DNA of 64,000 nt from Elsinoe ampelina (Eukaryota), in NCBI GenBank assembly GCA_010093995.1, contig ML992508.1:592506-656505 (forward strand), read 5' to 3'. The position numbers and the translations under genes were made by a program. The notes below the pieces were generated by a model. That model was not told the origin of the DNA. It ran no database searches and was given only the letters and a program-made list of their open reading frames with translations. Shown here piece after piece: positions 62,879-64,000 of the stretch (position 1 is its first letter; every line of letters starts with the position of its first letter).

Positions 62879-64000
62879 CTTGACGATGGAAGGAGATGAG
62901 ATTTGAGATGAGACTTGGAGTCTTGTGGCGGGTGCAGATGCGGTAGGGAAGGAGGAGGAGAAGCCTTACCTTTGTACAGTGTGGCTTCTACCAGCCAACC
63001 ACTGTTCACTCGGCCAGGGGAGGCTGTTGAAGGGATCTGGTGATTGCCATGTCTTGGATCCAATGCCATATTCGTCTCCACCGTAGATCGTTGCGCACAA
63101 CGTCGATCGCTATGGACGATAGCCACATGCTACTTCCAAAGATTGAAGTTCCCTGCCGCTGTTGCAGTCAGCCTTGGTGTGCAGCACGTCCGGGTCTGGC
63201 GGGGTGCTGCATCCTGTCCAAATCTCAGTTCGAGCAATTTGATTCCATCTACACAGCACGAATCGAGGAGCTGAACTCAATCTCCGCAATGCTGTTGCAT
63301 CCACGGTCAAGCTAGAGGACGAACATGTTCGCCAAAGCGGGCCGGACATGGTCGACATCCGGAAAGGGTGCTCCTCGGCAACGGATGTGGCGGCTGATAT
63401 TGAATTCGCATATTCGAGGATCCTGCTGAATGATCCGTGTGTTCTATGAGGTACCGTCTGAAATGCAGGTGGCCGTTGTGTGATGCCGAATCTATAGGCA
63501 TGGCAACACATGTCCGTTTGCTCGGCAACGGCTGAAATAGCACTTCGTAGTTCTCACCTACCTTGGCGCAGTGCGACAATGAGAAGCCAGTCAATCGTTC
63601 TCGCTAGTGTCTTGAATGTGCGACGATGGATGAGTGCCGGATGCCGTATCACATGCAGCGCAACACATGAGAAATTGGCAGTCTCCTACCAGATCTGATG
63701 CGTCGCAAGGGCAGCCTCATCACAGTCCATGAACAGATTCGCATCATCAATCGCACCTGGCGTTGAAGCACTTACGATTCGCCCTCCGGAATGACCTGAC
63801 AGGCCCATTGCTACCAAACTAGATTCGCCACCCTGCGTCCTTGAAGTCGGTCTCGCTGCCCAGCGTCGCAACGAATGGCTGATCTTGCTCGTTTTTGATA
63901 TTTGCCCGGCTTTGAGCTCGCGGGCGTTGCTCTGATCAACCATGGACATTGGTGTGACACTTCTATTAGTGGTTCGAGTCGGTGGCGGACTCCCTGTCCA

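Noticed and set aside
63000..64000. Short ORFs at the window end
   Set aside because: No recognisable domain or consistent splice structure; probably intergenic or part of a gene beyond the window.

Overview
Filamentous-ascomycete (Pezizomycotina-like) chromosomal window with two compartments. (1) AT-rich, RIP-mutated transposon relics at 1-2445 and ~6850-26590. The first is the 3' end of a Ty1/Copia element. The second is a nest: an unclassified ~4.8 kb element with imperfect terminal inverted repeats, interrupted by a three-LTR Ty3/Gypsy chromovirus (A, TSD ATTAC), which is itself interrupted by a second Gypsy chromovirus (B, TSD ATTAA). (2) Gene-dense, intron-containing euchromatin: CPA2 (isolated between the two RIP blocks), DIP2/UTP12, ARC35, a DsbA-like protein, a MutL homologue, PPE1, a membrane protein, a Gly-rich beta-flanking-type protein, GH17, cyclophilin H, a GNAT, a RING-H2 protein, a ZIP transporter, KRE6, COX11, a zf-HIT protein, a PTH11-like protein and hypothetical genes. 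The most notable observation comes from reading the RIP blocks by hand on the minus strand and allowing TAA/TAG/TAT/TAC as RIP products. Three unrelated mobile elements each carry extra spliced genes that the ORF track misses. The Copia has an antisense gene with a DUF3716-like six-Cys cluster. Gypsy B has an antisense two-intron gene with a histone-H1-tail-like Lys/Pro/Ala tract. The TIR element has a six-Cys-cluster gene plus a large unknown multi-intron gene. Also notable are repeated C-rich to G-rich skew-switch islands and a periodic palindrome array at 61607-61882. All de-RIP reconstructions and coordinates were done by eye.
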